A stretch of DNA of 63,744 nucleotides, the filler included, from Choristocarpus tenellus KU-1152 (lineage: Eukaryota; Protista; Phaeophyceae): the NCBI GenBank assembly GCA_964200185.2. It is 8 parts of 8 records of this genome, joined end to end, with 100 filler letters (N's around TTAATTAATTAA, not from the genome) between each part and the next. Parts side by side here need not be neighbours in the genome. Positions count along the whole stretch, not along the records: positions 37,146 to 40,599 come from CAXNAD020019931.1; positions 40,700 to 53,067 come from CAXNAD020001859.1; 6 more parts are not named here. The stretch is one strand, 5' to 3'. A model generated the notes under the pieces. It was not told the origin of the DNA and made no database searches. It saw nothing but the letters and a program-made list of their open reading frames with translations. Position 1 is the first letter of the stretch, and each line of letters begins with the position of its first letter. A program made the position numbers and the translations under genes. Positions 39,161 to 52,507 of this stretch are shown piece by piece.

Positions 39161-40699
39161 GTGTCGTCCAGGTAGCTTCAGGAGGATATCCCTTGGGGTC
39201 CAAAAACAGATTGGACCTGTTGAAGGGCCTTGTGTGTTGCCATGCAATATATAAAGGGGACCAAGTGGACCTCCTGTTGTGCCCCAGATCTTGATGGCAG
39301 GATCTTCATCCCTCCCTCATCGAGGGGGAAAAGAAGATTGCAGGTGTCCCCATCTACCTTGGAGACATTAGGTAGGAGTCCTGGTAGAGTCTCTGGGAAG
39401 GCCTGGATGAAGGCTGAGCGGTGTATGCTGTTGAAAGCATTCCTTCCGTCTAAACAGATGACCCATTCTCCGCACTCATTCCTTAGGCGAATATTCAGGA
39501 GTGCATGCTCTACTCCATTTGGGGACCCCGACGCCGAACTGTCCTACTGAACGGAAACATTCCTCTAGGTAGGGGTGCCAGTCTGTGCAGAAAGCTGAAG
39601 CACATGCCCTTCTGAAGAAAGACCCGCAGGCAACCGGGTGACAATTCTCCCCAATTGTGGACAGTCTGGAGTTTGAGTGGAGTGTCCAGAAATCTAGGGG
39701 TAGAGAGTCCAGGGAGGTGTAGGCTAGCTCCCATAGTTTTGCAAAGGCCTCCACTTCCTCGTGACCAACACCTGTCATGATGGTTGATCTGATGTGACTA
39801 GGGTGCATCCCGTCAGGGCCTGGTGCCGAGTTGCTGTTAGCCCCCATGAAGGCTTTTTGAAGGGAGGTGGGGGTGTACTCCCCTTCAGGGGGGCAGCACC
39901 TTTGTTCCCCAGATCTTGCATTTCCTTGTACCCTGTCTTTTGCGTCCGTGATGGCCTGCCTAAGCTCGTCTTGGTTCTCACTCGGATGTTTAGGGACCAG
40001 TACACTGAAAGTCTCCTCCAGCACCGGGGCTCTGGGTTGTGCTAGGAGCACACTCGCCCCCTTGAGAATTCCTCCATTGTGGTGACCCAGAGCTGCAGGG
40101 CGTTCCTGGCGGGATTTGGGATCCTCTCCAGGGGCCTCCTTACGTCTGCTGGTCCTCTGGGATCGTTCTAGTAGTCATGCAACCAGCTCTTGGAAGTTCC
40201 CTGATGCCACCTGGGCAAGCCTTTCCTACCTCGAGAACGTTTCATCATTTGTCAGTAAGAGGCCAGAGATCATGCTGAAACGTTTGAACGCTCTGATGGC
40301 CCCTGTTGTTGGTGTCCCCCCTTCCAGCCTTGGGGCAGTTACCTCGCGTATCAGGAGATCCACTGTGCGCATGACGGTGGTTGCGTGGATGGTACGGAAC
40401 CTGCCCGGGAACTTCTGAACCATGGTGATGCTTACCCGCTCCAGGGTCTCCATCTGAACTTGGTCAAGGGCAGAAGCTACACTTGGAGTGTGAACCCCCC
40501 AAGGTAGACGTGTATGTGGTGGTAGGTGGCCCAGATTTTCTGTGGAGGGGGGGTAGGTGGTGGTGGTGGTGATGGTGGTGGTGACTGGGGTGGGAGGGGN
40601 NNNNNNNNNNNNNNNNNNNNNNNNNNNNNNNNNNNNNNNNNNNTTAATTAATTAANNNNNNNNNNNNNNNNNNNNNNNNNNNNNNNNNNNNNNNNNNNN

Positions 40700-40754
40700 A
40701 TCGAAAAAAGGGTGAAAGACGGACGCCGACACCTCCCCGCAGATACTTTGACCC
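40700..40754. mobile_element. MITE family B-type terminus at a contig start (similar termini at 53168-53220, 55973-55997 and 63708-63744)
   Basis: CCCCGCAGATACTTTGACCC / GGGTCAAAGTATCTTGGGGGG. Confidence 0.7.
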
Positions 40755-42965
40755 ACCACCAGTACCATCCAAGGGTAATTAAATATCGTCCCGTCGATTT
40801 ACGTTTTCTTGACCTAGAAAAGGGAGATTTCCAGATTAATCCGTCTACCTCGTTTGTCCTTATTAATAGTCCCGCAACGTGACTTCTTCGCCATCCGTGC
40901 CTGAGTGAACGATCCAGGGGGCACAGTGGCCTTGGCGGCTGTCCTTGTCTCGCTATCGTGGTCCATATTGCTGTGTGGGTCACCTGTGCGTGTGTTCGCA
41001 GAAAGTCTGCAAAAGGCGTAAAAAAGATGTTCGAGAATCTTCCTTTTTTTGCAGTAGGACCAAACGCACCGTATTTTGGGGGAGCCTATCCCAGACCAGG
41101 TTTTGGGGGGGGGAAATTCAGCCAACCACTTCATTCTTGTACCTTTTGAGGTTGTGACCATTAAATTGCGCGGGAGTTATTCCCCAGCGTTCTTGTCATT
41201 CTTTGATCGGGATATAGTTCCGTTCACTGGAGTTAATACATTCCTGCATACAAATATTCAATCCCTCTTGGCATAAGCGTTCATTTAGTATTTATATTGT
41301 TGCATACCTCTCCTGGTTCGACAGTGCAAAAAAAGCAAGATTGCCACAGACCGCGAACTATTGGTACCACTTTATTCGGAAACCACAATGCTCACCGCGG
41401 GTAAGACACTCACCCCAAACAAGATCAAAATCTCAAGTTATGCAGTCCTCTTCTTCCCCTCTCTTGTAAGTCCTACCAAGTATTTCACAACGATATAAGT
41501 TGGGTACAATGTACCTGGAACTGTAGAGATGTAGCGGAAAAATACATCGGAATGTCAGAACGACTCCACATATTTTTTCTGTTCGACCATACTAACTCGA
41601 TAAATACGACGATATTGCATGATGTTAAGGGATCTAGCAAGACAGATAGCAGAGTTATCATAGAGATAAAAAAATGTTAACCTCTATGTGCAGCAGATTA
41701 TATTGCTTTGGACGACGAACGTCTTTCTCTCAACTTTTTCGGAGCTACTTGTTAGATCATGTGGGGGGTGGGGAGAGGCATAGATAGTTGTCGCAACTGT
41801 CGCCAACTCAACAAGACAGAATTTCAATGAACCAAAACAGACTTTGCCTTGACATGGCAGTAATAAGTACAAGACTATTGATAACGGTTCTTCTACCAAG
41901 GACCACAAACAACATTTAAGGTGCTACAACTAACTAAACTCGCTTCATAATGCAAAATACATCAAAGGAAAAATGTATTCTACAACGTTTGGGTTAAGGG
42001 TGAATAAACCTCCACACTAGATCAAACAACTCATTCTGAGGAAATGGTTGAACAATTAAACTTCTATTGTGTTGAGGTGACTTTAGGTAAGAAGTTGATA
42101 CAGCCCTCCTGGGCGTGCCTTAAAACAAAGTGCCTCTGAATTATTCGCTACAGATAGAGTAGGTTCCACCACGAACGAACTTTGACAGAAGGACCTCCAG
42201 ATAGTATTGTATAGTAGATGAACAACAGATAGCCCCACACCTTGGGCGTCGAACTCGTATCTACTCATCATGTGATATTGCGCACGGACTTACTGAATAT
42301 CCTCTGTGCTCATGCTTATTTGTACCTATTTAACACCAACACCTTTGACGGAAGCAAACACAATTCCATTATTTCCAAATCATCCCACACCAACTCTGTC
42401 ATTAATATACTTCAAAACAATAGGTAGTAAGGATTGTCAATATCATACTCTATTTTGAATATGTCTTCGTATACATGTGCTATTATTTGGGGTTGATACA
42501 ATAAAAAATCAAGTGGCAAGATATCATGTGTCGTTGAAGATGAAGGGGTGTGTGAGGTGGTCACATCACTATGGATTCCATCTGGATAATGGACCGGGTA
42601 GGACCTTTCAATGGTCGATATCCACCAAGCGCATTTTCATTGTGGAATGGAACAAATGGCCGGGATTATACGCTCCTTGCGTGCCCCCAAAAGACCGAAA
42701 GATGGTCTACACATACTGCATTATTAATAGTAGAACGTATGTATACATGTGAATATATATATGCAGCACAATAATATCACATATGTCTATACATACAAGT
42801 ATCTTATATTTTGTACATTTTGTAGAATGGACCAAGGGAATATTGAAATATTGGAGGGGATAATGTCTACTAACAATATCAGAAAGCATTATAGCCTTAG
42901 TTCATCTAATTTTACTAATACTCTGCACTAATCCCCACTCTTTCAAAACAAAGAACAGAACATGA

Positions 42966-44897
42966 TGCAAAAAAAACATTCCACACTGGACCCGCGGCTT
43001 TCATGCTTTGATGAAAGACAATGAATAGCTTGATGTAGATATGTATTGTTGATATTACAAGAGACTTGTGGTCTCGATTCCGCTGACTGAATTGGTGGGG
43101 TGAGACAAGGCTAGACTATCATTACTATCCCTATAGTGTGTGGTTTGCGATAGCCTAGAGACTATCATTATTATCCCTATAGTGTGGGGTTTGCAATCGT
43201 CCACACTAATTTACTATGAATCACTTATTTAACTTGTCTTCCGTGTAGCAACTGTATCTTGAATATGACATAAATCAGTGGACACTAGTGAGTCGATATA
43301 TATGGTATATCTGTCACTGGCTCTCCATCCTATTATATAATCCACCGGTGGTGTCTATAGTTTATCACCAGCACTATCTACGAGCACTCTCCCTTGCTGC
43401 GCAGACACTATGCACCCTAAAAATCTACTTCTCTGAAACTAGAGAAAAACAAACTTCTGCTAGCTCTCTCAAAAACAATGCCACAAATACACACCCTAAC
43501 ATCAATGTTTGTGTTGGGTCTGTGTAGGTACCATAAATCAGTCATCAATCTACTACCGTTCTGTTGCAGTCTCTGTGTAAACAGTTTCGGGTACATTCTC
43601 CTGCAGGTCTTCAACAATACCATGTTGCATTTCTTACAATCAACAAAATCCCCCCTAGTATATCATTACATGCAATAAATAGAAAATCAGTCGTTGCCAT
43701 CAACATTGGTCTGGGGCCATTAAGAATCAGTCACCCATGTGTCCTATTTCAGTCTCATGTGGGAACATTCTCGGGTACTCTCTCCGGCAGGTCCTTAGCA
43801 ATACATGTGGCGTCTCCTACAATCAACAAAACCTCCCTAGTACATCACTACTGCAGGTCATGGAACACAGATGCTACCTCATATCTACCATCCTATTGTA
43901 GTCTCCAGTGGAAACATTATTGGATACTTCTCCTGCAGGTCCTCAGCAATACCATGTGGCGTCTTCTTGTCCTTTCCCTGGCTCGAACAGTCAGGGGATA
44001 TTCGCTCACTTCTTGACCTAACCCTGTGCATCTCATGTATCTTCTACCTTGGTCGTCATCTCCCCTCAGTCTTGTAGCCCGATCGAGGTCGGGGCAGTCG
44101 TACGTCGTGTGGTCATCTTTGCCACACATAAAACAGACTACGCGGCCCTTTCCTCGACCCTTTCTACCAGCAGTCCCCCTTCCCGCACTCACAACCAGGG
44201 CATGGTCGTTCCCTTCGCCACTTGATGAAGAACTTGACGAACTCCATGCTGGAAGTCTCTACCACGACTCCACGTCCACTGCCCAGACTGATCCCCCACA
44301 TATGATGTCGGGGCCATGAAGAGCAAGGTCAGAGTCATATACTCCGAGGGTAGCTTGAGCTCTCACTGCAAAAGCGAAGAAATCCTCTCCCTACTTCCCA
44401 GCGAACGTGGGGAGGTTGGTGACCTTGATGGGGCTGCCAGCAGACGTCTTGTATACAATTACTTCTCACTACTAGCCTCGTCGATCAGCACAACGTCCCA
44501 GGAAAATCGGTTCACTACGTAGCTTGTTGAAATATTCCACACTGGACCCACGGCTTTCATGCTTTGATGAAAGACGACGAATAGCTTGATGTAGATATGT
44601 AATGTTAATATTGCAAGAGGCTTGTGGTCTCGATTCCGCTGACTGAATTGGTGGGGTGAGACAAGGCTAGACTATCATTATTATTCCTATAGTGTGGGGT
44701 TTGCAATCGTCCACACTAATTTACTATGAATCACTTATTTAACTTGTCTTCAGTGTAGCAACTGTATCTTGAACATGACATAAATCAATGGACACTAGTG
44801 AGTCTATATATGTATGGTATATCTGTCACTGACTCTCCACCCTACTATCAATCCACTGGTGGTGTCTATAGTGTATCACCAGCACTATCTACGAACA
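42966..44897 (-). mobile_element. Complete non-autonomous copia-derived LTR element (gag-only; TRIM/TR-GAG-like)
   Basis: LTRs 42966-43386 and 44525-44897 (TG...CA); 5-bp TSD CATGA (42961-42965 and 44898-44902); PPT AAGGGAGAG adjoining the 3' LTR on the minus strand; internal gag remnants LPTFAGK*GEDFFAFAVRAQATL and zinc knuckle CFMCGKDDHTTYDC; no pol. Confidence 0.92.
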
Positions 44898-45295
44898 CAT
44901 GAATATCCTACTTCGGAATAAGTACACCTTCTATAGATGAGACACAATAATTCAGACATTAGTATGAGAGTTTACAAACAGAAGCAGCCACATTTATCCA
45001 GCCCCGTACATCTGTACATTATCGTAATTACACCTGTGCACGATAAAATATCAGTGAATGAGTTGGACAGTATTGACGTTAATCTTCATTATTCCTAATT
45101 TTGCACGCTATGTACACACTTCAGAGGCAAAACGTATTTTCCTTCCTCCATGGCCAGCAAGACACCAACAAGCGCCTTTGTTGGCTGCCCCTCACTTCTG
45201 CACACGAGTCTCACTCTGTCAAACTCCTACCTCATTTCTCTCACAAAAAGAACTATCTCCGCATATAACTCTAGTGTTGATATCAATCTTTGAGT

Positions 45296-45558
45296 GAGTG
45301 AAAGTATCTTAGAGGGTACGAGTTTTGCCCTGTTTCTCCGTTTGGGGCATGGCTCCTTATGTTGTTGTTTTTAGTGACATTTTCCTACTCCAAAATGTTT
45401 CGGAGTAGGTATAATGTATACGTTGTGAAAAGGTGTGTCCGGAACAATGATATTGACACGCCCTAACAAACGCAACAGCCGAAATTACATCAAAATCGCA
45501 ACATTGGATTTTTGCCACCCAAACCGACGCGGCGCTACCCTCTAAGATACTTTGACTT
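45296..45558 (-). mobile_element. MITE family A, full length, TSD GAGT
   Basis: GAGT|GAGTGAAAGTATCTTAGAGGGTAC...TACCCTCTAAGATACTTTGACTT|GAGT. Confidence 0.93.
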
Positions 45559-46509
45559 GAGTGCAAATGCTCGATTCAATGATGACACAATTTTTGTCAG
45601 TGTTGTCAACTAGTGCACACTTCCATATATTTTCCCTCCTTTTCACCCTTCTTCCCTCTTTCGTTTACAGCCCTTCTCAAATCCCCATTCACAACATTAA
45701 CAATACAACATTCCTTCCCTACACTCCATACTATCAACTAAGAAATCAAAATGAATCACTACTTCAATCCAATTCAAATCCAACCATACACAATGCAGCC
45801 TCGTCATCCTACTCCCCTTCCCCTATATGCAGTCCCCGTTAATTAACAATTTCACAACACAGATTCACAACCGTTTTTTTTCCTTCTCATTTTCCTAGCC
45901 CAAACACATGTTTTGTCTGCACAAACAGGCCAAAACGTGTAATTCACTGCATCAGATAAGAACCCCAACACCCACTTCAACTTTCTACACTATGTGCCCT
46001 TAAAAAACTCAAACTACAACAATCTTCAACCTATCACCCAAGTGACTCTAGACAAGACGGACCCGACCAAGTGGCTTACCATATTCTTCAATGCCTCCAC
46101 AGCGATATCAAGATCAGCATACTTGTTTCAGTGGCTACGGGAAATCGCCGGCCAAATATATCCCATCAACCCACTTCAAGATGGACGTCATTCCATTAGT
46201 GGGAGGATATTGCTTTCCATGCATTTATCCCCGTTGCCTCAATTTTTCCATGACCCTCCCTCCATCTCACATAAACACCTATCGCCCTTCCTTCTATTTT
46301 CAAGGTTGAACCATCTCTCAGATCCTTGTGAAAGGAGGGTTGGGATATAGTGCTGGTTGCCCACACAGGCTACCCTACACTCCATTAGTCAGGGTCCAGG
46401 GTGCAAACAATTCTGACTGGAATGACATGGGCCAAACAAAGGCTGCGATAAATCCAGGTGGAGCAAGACACCCCAATCAAGACTTTCAACTCTCTATTGA
46501 TTTTCTTCC

Positions 46510-48083
46510 TCAGCTATCCCCCGGGATAGCTCTGTCCAGATGTTGCTCAAAATACAGGAACTGCTCCCAGCTCTGGTGTATGTTCACTATAGGGTACTTG
46601 CGGGCCTCCATCTGCAGCTGGTACATTGTTGGCACCTTGGGGTAAGCTCTAAGTTTCATGCCAATCTTGGGTAGGTCTCGAGGGTGGAGCGCCTTTTTCT
46701 TGTTATTGCACCTTCAGGAAGAGAATCAGAGAGTCGATGTGGTGGTTATGTTGGGGATGAGAAGACTTAACTATAGTCTGATAGCGTTGTTTAAAATGGA
46801 TCACCTGAAGACATAACTCTGATATTTTATCCACAGGACAAGACAACAACACAATGATCACGTGCCACCCTTCTCCAAGTATTAAACTTCTGGACAAGCC
46901 AACCTGGCCGAAGAGATTCACAATAAGATTTTCCCACTTAAATCCCTCTCTCGAGTCTATCTAGTTGGTCGAGATATACCCTCTTGTGAAGGTCAAAAAC
47001 GTTCCTGGGGAGTGAGCACCTTCGAACGTCTTGTGATACTCCTTCTGGAGTGGTGAGGGGGAACGGGGAATCTGCTTCCCATTTGCTGAACGGGATCCAA
47101 AGCAAGAAAAGGACCACAGAAACAACCTGAAGTATCAGACCCTATTCATCCACTTTAGAAGTTGAAGACTTAGTCACTAACATTCAACCAGGTGCAATTG
47201 TGTCAATATTGGTACCCCATTTCTGCACTGAAGATACAGTGCTACGCCTTCGAATAATCAGTAAAACTGCGCAAGTCCCATACATGAAAGACAAAAAAGA
47301 AAATCCAATCTTCATTCTGGACCTGTGAATGCAGTATTACCACAGGGGGAACAAAAGGGGGTTGGTTACCAGGTCCTGAGAGTCTCCTGCAAAAACAACT
47401 AAAATCCAAAGTGTGGGGGAAAACATACCCCAAAATGAAAAAACACTACCGTCCCTTGATCTACAGACACAAGGTGGTGGAGAACACAAACGCCTGCTAT
47501 GAAACAAGTGCCCCTTGGACGGCGCAATGCTTGCATAACACAACTAAAAGCGTTTTAGCACCATCCATGACAAAGCACCCTCTTGGCAACGGAGTGTTTC
47601 CGCGGGCAACAAAAGCGTCAGACTCAAACGACTCAAGCGATTTCCTAACAGTGGCATAGAGCAAACATCCCCAAGCATTGTTAAGGATAGTAGAAGAAAA
47701 GGAGCAAAAGAGAGAGCTGAGCGATTTCTGAGAAGGATGAATACGATGGAGCTGAGTACAACACACATGTATTTTTATTTATTTTTTTACGTAGTTTCTG
47801 CTTCAGCAAAAATGTATTCCATATATTTTTTTTATGTAGAAGATGAAACTAATGCGCGAAAGAATAATAGTAAGAAAGTGAGCGCCGCTTTGTAAGATAA
47901 CTATAAAATAATTAGGCAAACAGAATCGTACATTACTTGGTGGAGAACAGATGTGACATAGGGCAAAAGGGCGCGCTTTCCAGAGCCTTGCCCTGGAAAC
48001 AAACTTTTTTTTTTTTGTACAAGCTTTCAAACACCCNNNNNNNNNAAAAAAAAAAAAAAAAAGGAAAAGAGAATCGTAGATTA

Positions 48084-48120
<37 letters not shown>

Positions 48121-51100
48121 GTGGTTTCCAGAGCCTTGCCCTGGAAACAAACTTTTTTTTTTTTGTACAAGCTTTCAAACACCCAAAAAAGGAACGGTTT
48201 AAACTCAGTTGCACTTCACAAATCAGCAGGGATTTTTTGTTGTGTTGCAAATGTCTGTGTGTGAGGGTTGAAGGCGAGGCGAAGATGTAAATGCAATTTC
48301 TTACACAGGAACCTTGTACCACAAATCATGCACTCATGATTTGTAGATCCCTCACGGGTTTATCAATGCATATATAAATGATTCATCCCTATCTGCCGAG
48401 TGCAGAGAATGGAGTGTCAGTGATCTTTGTCTAGCTCATCTTTATATACAAAGCCTCACCCCATGATTTAACAGGAAAGAACAATTGTGTACAAATCCTT
48501 GGTTGTTGTCATGAGCTAATCGAGAGGAACCTAGAGTTGAACTTTGATGGTGCTGATAAACATGCACAAAATTTTAACTTTTTTTTATTACAAATGCGTT
48601 TGTACCAGAACATTTCTGAATCCTGTTTTTTTTTTTAATTGAAAAAAAAAAAAAGAGAAGTAAAAGCTTTTAAAATAAAAATAAGACGTATGTTAATTGA
48701 AAAATAAAAGGCGAATTTCAAGAGGTTGAAAAAACTGACATCATACGCAAAACGGTAAAAAACTGGGTACTACGGTAATTGCATACTTTCAGAACTTGGT
48801 TCTCTTCTTGTTGTTCTATGAGAGTATAAAAATGATCACTCCCCTCTATAAACTGCCCCTTTGCGGAAGCCCCAGTAGGGTTCTGACTGACATGACTTCT
48901 CTAGAGTGTCATGTTCAAGTCCCTTAACTTTTTTTTTATGTTGAAGACACGTACCTTCTCTATACAGTTACATATATCACTGGTCACTGCTTGCATTTCA
49001 ACTATCAGTACCACCACTCCAGTATCAAAAACATAGCTAAATATTTGTTGTACCACTCACTCGTCTATGAAACACGTGAAAACGGTCTCCCAGTACAAAT
49101 ACATTGATTTGAATCCCTCCACAGTGATTTTCCCTTGTGAGCACAAGTGATAAAAATCGCCACATGATGATTTGCCAACATCCCATCAAGTTCCCGGTAG
49201 ATTTGTCTTCCCCCCCCCTCCCCCCCCACCAACCACTACGAGAAAAATAAAATGTGTGCAATATGATTTGGATCCACGATTGAGAGAGCTAACTCTCCAT
49301 CTTTAATTTATGAGCGCTCAGATATATTCACGACCATGACAGGAACGGTCATTGATTTGCCGGAAATTGATACGTATACCGCAAATTGGATTTGATCGGA
49401 TTGGTCCAACAAGTGCATGCTCTGAGCTAGACATTGGGCATTGTGTGTTCAAAAGATACTACAGAGCAACTCCCCGATGATAATACTCAGCACAGCAGAA
49501 ACTATGGACCAAAATGGGCTTCAAGAAGTGGCAGGTAATAACCATTACAGGTCAAATACAGCCTAACGTTCTAGACTATTTCGAACATCCAGTACAATAT
49601 TTTCTGATGAGTGAATAAACAAGGTGTCAAAACTTCATCCGCACACACCTTGCCTTTTATTTTTTATATGATTGCAACATTGTCCACTTCTAAATACACC
49701 AGTATAATACACACACGCATGTTCTGAATGGTCTGAGAATAGTACCATGAACATTCAATACAGAAAGAATGGTGCTGTCGACCAGTTCCTGCTCAGACCA
49801 AAACCTAGACCCTATCCAACCCGCAACAGGAATCGTACCAGGGGTATCGTCCAATCAAGAAACAAGATAATCTCGTCCGGAAAAAAAAACGGTTTTCTAT
49901 CAGAAAGTGTATTGTGAAAAACATTATATCTCGATCAATACAAGACTACCGGTTTGAAAAAAAAACCTAAAACACAAGAGCGCCCCTTTACTGTAGAAGA
50001 AAAATAATAAAATAGACACAGCTCACCTCCCACAAGCGGTGACGACATTTTCCCAGGTACCACGCCCTCCCAGAGCCCTAGGGATCACATGATCAAAGGT
50101 GAGGTCATATGCATGGAAATATTTACAGCAATATTGACATCTGTACTGGTCTCGGAGGTACAGATTCCGGCGGGTAAACACTGGAGCCTTCGAATGTTGG
50201 TTTACAAACTCCTGCCCAAAAGGTCGTAGACAGTGGGAGAGTGCTGCACGTCAGAAGCTGTTGGAGGGCTGGAGCGACTTTCTTCGAGGCTAGTCTATGT
50301 TGAAATTCTGAAGCAGTCCAACAAATCTTCATACCACGTGATGTCATAACACAGACAGAGACTCCGCCAACTTCGTACCTTCAACCCCAAGACTGCATCA
50401 ACATTCAGCAGTGTTGTGTTCCTGTGTGTAAGAAAAGGAACACCGCACCCGCTCACAGCACTTGTTGAACTAAAAATGGACACCAGAAAAAGAAAAAAAG
50501 AACCTACACATGCATCTCTGCACTGGCAATGAATAATGAAGGCACTAATAATAGCCACACATTGAGATTAGTTGATAACCAAGTTGATTCAAAAGGAAGA
50601 AATAGATGGTGATGGGGTGCACACATCCCAAATGCTGGCTTTTAAATGGACCTTAAGTGCGATCACACTGGGCAGAGCCACCTCCATCCGTGCACTGCGG
50701 ATAGCTCGATCTGTGTAGGTGGCCACCACGGTCACCTTGTCCGAGAATACAGCCTTAATCACTTCTTGCCATGGCCAGAGGCTTGAGAGCAACATGTGGA
50801 CAAATGAGAACAGTGGACATGGTTCATGCACTCTTTGGCTGGAGGGCAGTGGGGCTGTACAACTGAGTTTTGATGGACTGCTCTCACGATCTCTGACTAT
50901 CATAGTTCCTATGTGAAAAGGAGGAAGAGGCAAGAAGATAAGATGGTACCCTTTTGGAGGTGGATTGCATGGCAGCAGAACAAGGTCGAAGTAGGCAATG
51001 TTTCAAGCCAGTTGTGGAAATGTTTAATCACTTGTGCTTGGCTATAGTATCACACCATTACGGTAATGAGCACATCAGCAATAATCTACCAACCCCAGGT

Positions 51101-52507
51101 TTCTTATCCATCCAGGGACTTCCCAAGACCACACCTGAGTGGTAAGTATGACAGCGGTTGGTAGTCTGCATTGAGAACAAGACAGGGGCAAGATTCCAGG
51201 CCTGCAGCATTTATTGCAGCCTTCTTGCCTCCGTATGGCTTGGAGTAGGTGGGTGTTTGCTTAACTTCATCTGGAGCAATTGAATAGGTGCACCAGCAAT
51301 ATTTGTTGCATAGGGAAGGGAGAAGATGGGGTGTGACAATGGCAAGGTGTGTGCGACAATGTTTGTACTATTTTTGGTGACTCCTGGAAATGTTGGTGCA
51401 AGTGTTCTCATGCAGTGGGCATTTCCATTTCTCACACAGGCGAAGAAAACATAAATGATTGCACTGTCAACTTGAGCGGAGCTCTATTCCATAATATGCA
51501 ACGATACTAAAATTGCACACTATTCATTTATGTAACCAGTTGCTTTAATCGCTCCCAATGTTGACGCCGTGCACGTGCAGGATATGAATCTCTACGAAAA
51601 TCGATCCCAGGTGTTTTGAGTCAGATGGGAAAGGTGACGATATTAAAGTGGGTTTTTCGAGATCTAGCGTCGATGTGTTAGGGATATTACCAAGCCCTAA
51701 GACTGTCCACCTTCTGCAACATTTGGTACACGTGGATGTGGGAGGCCCAGACACAAAGCCCACAGTTTCGTGGCAAACCTAGGAGTCAGTCCCATCGTAA
51801 AAAAAGGGGGGAGGGTAAGGTCGACTTCCCTGTTCATAGCTTAAGCTCCGAAGTAGGTTACCAAAGGTCAACGTAAGGTGCTCCCAACAACCAACAAAGA
51901 ACAGTGTAAGGAGAAAAGCCCTAAGACAACATCCACGACAGATCAAAACAAGGAAGTGAGGGAAGACCGAACAGTACGGACCTGGTCGTTCATATCTACA
52001 GAATGTACTCAAGCCGTGCTGATATTGCGATCGGGACAGAAGCTTCAGACAACAAACTACACGTTAGCAGGGCGCAGGCACTTACTAGCGTTAGTATACT
52101 GCGTCTCTCCTCGCCAAGATTGCTCAAGAGGTACGTGCAGCATACAAAAACAATAGATGAAGTTTGGATTCGAAAGTACAACACAAGGCATTCCAATCCA
52201 GTTTACTCTCACCATAAGCCTCAGCCGTGAACCCATTGGCGTAGTCCGACTTTCCCAGATTTCTTCCTTTTCGCATCCTCTTGTGACTAGTTTTCCGTAT
52301 TTCATTTGCCTTCATCTCCAGCGAGGAAAACTGGTGAAGACTTCCATGAGTTTTCGTGGAATCGGAGCTCCTTGCCAATGCTGACCATGGCATAATAAAC
52401 CCGACTCCATTGGTGGGTGAAAATAGCAAACATAACAGCGCGGCCAAATCTCGCAAACCAGGCAATGTTGCAACGCTTGGGCAGCGAGTGGGAGGATTGT
52501 TCCACAT
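46510..52507 (-). CDS. HNH endonuclease (McrA/HNH_5-like), 5 exons, ~315 aa, probable plastid-targeting leader
   Basis: Exons 52213-52507, 51135-51270, 50652-50781, 50027-50211 and 46510-46711, all GT-AG with consistent phases (1,2,0,2). Spliced product: ..[117 protein letters not shown]. Exon 1 is less certain than exons 2-5. Confidence 0.92.

Larger units (their letters stand above)
38083..40480 (-). mobile_element. CRE-like non-LTR retrotransposon pseudogene (RT plus restriction-like endonuclease), interrupted
   Basis: RT: SAPGPDGM, HPVACGSFFRR, GQFGVGV..GVEH, LDGRNAFNSIHR, SGAQQ and YLDD (~39164-39175). RLE/C-terminus: AAAAAEAQ..Y..FMVESFGRPGKQAEDFLDELG..QIVSVTTQVA (38083-38430). Confidence 0.88.

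Noticed and set aside
46500-46720. Penelope-like RT C-terminus ([13 protein letters not shown])
   Set aside because: Better explained as the in-phase last exon of the HNH gene (CNNKK...[10 protein letters not shown]).
47975-48185. Direct repeat TTTCCAGAGCCTTGCCCTGG...CAAACACCC with long poly-A tracts
   Set aside because: The copies flank a small N gap and homopolymers, so this is most likely an overlap or assembly artefact within the HNH intron.
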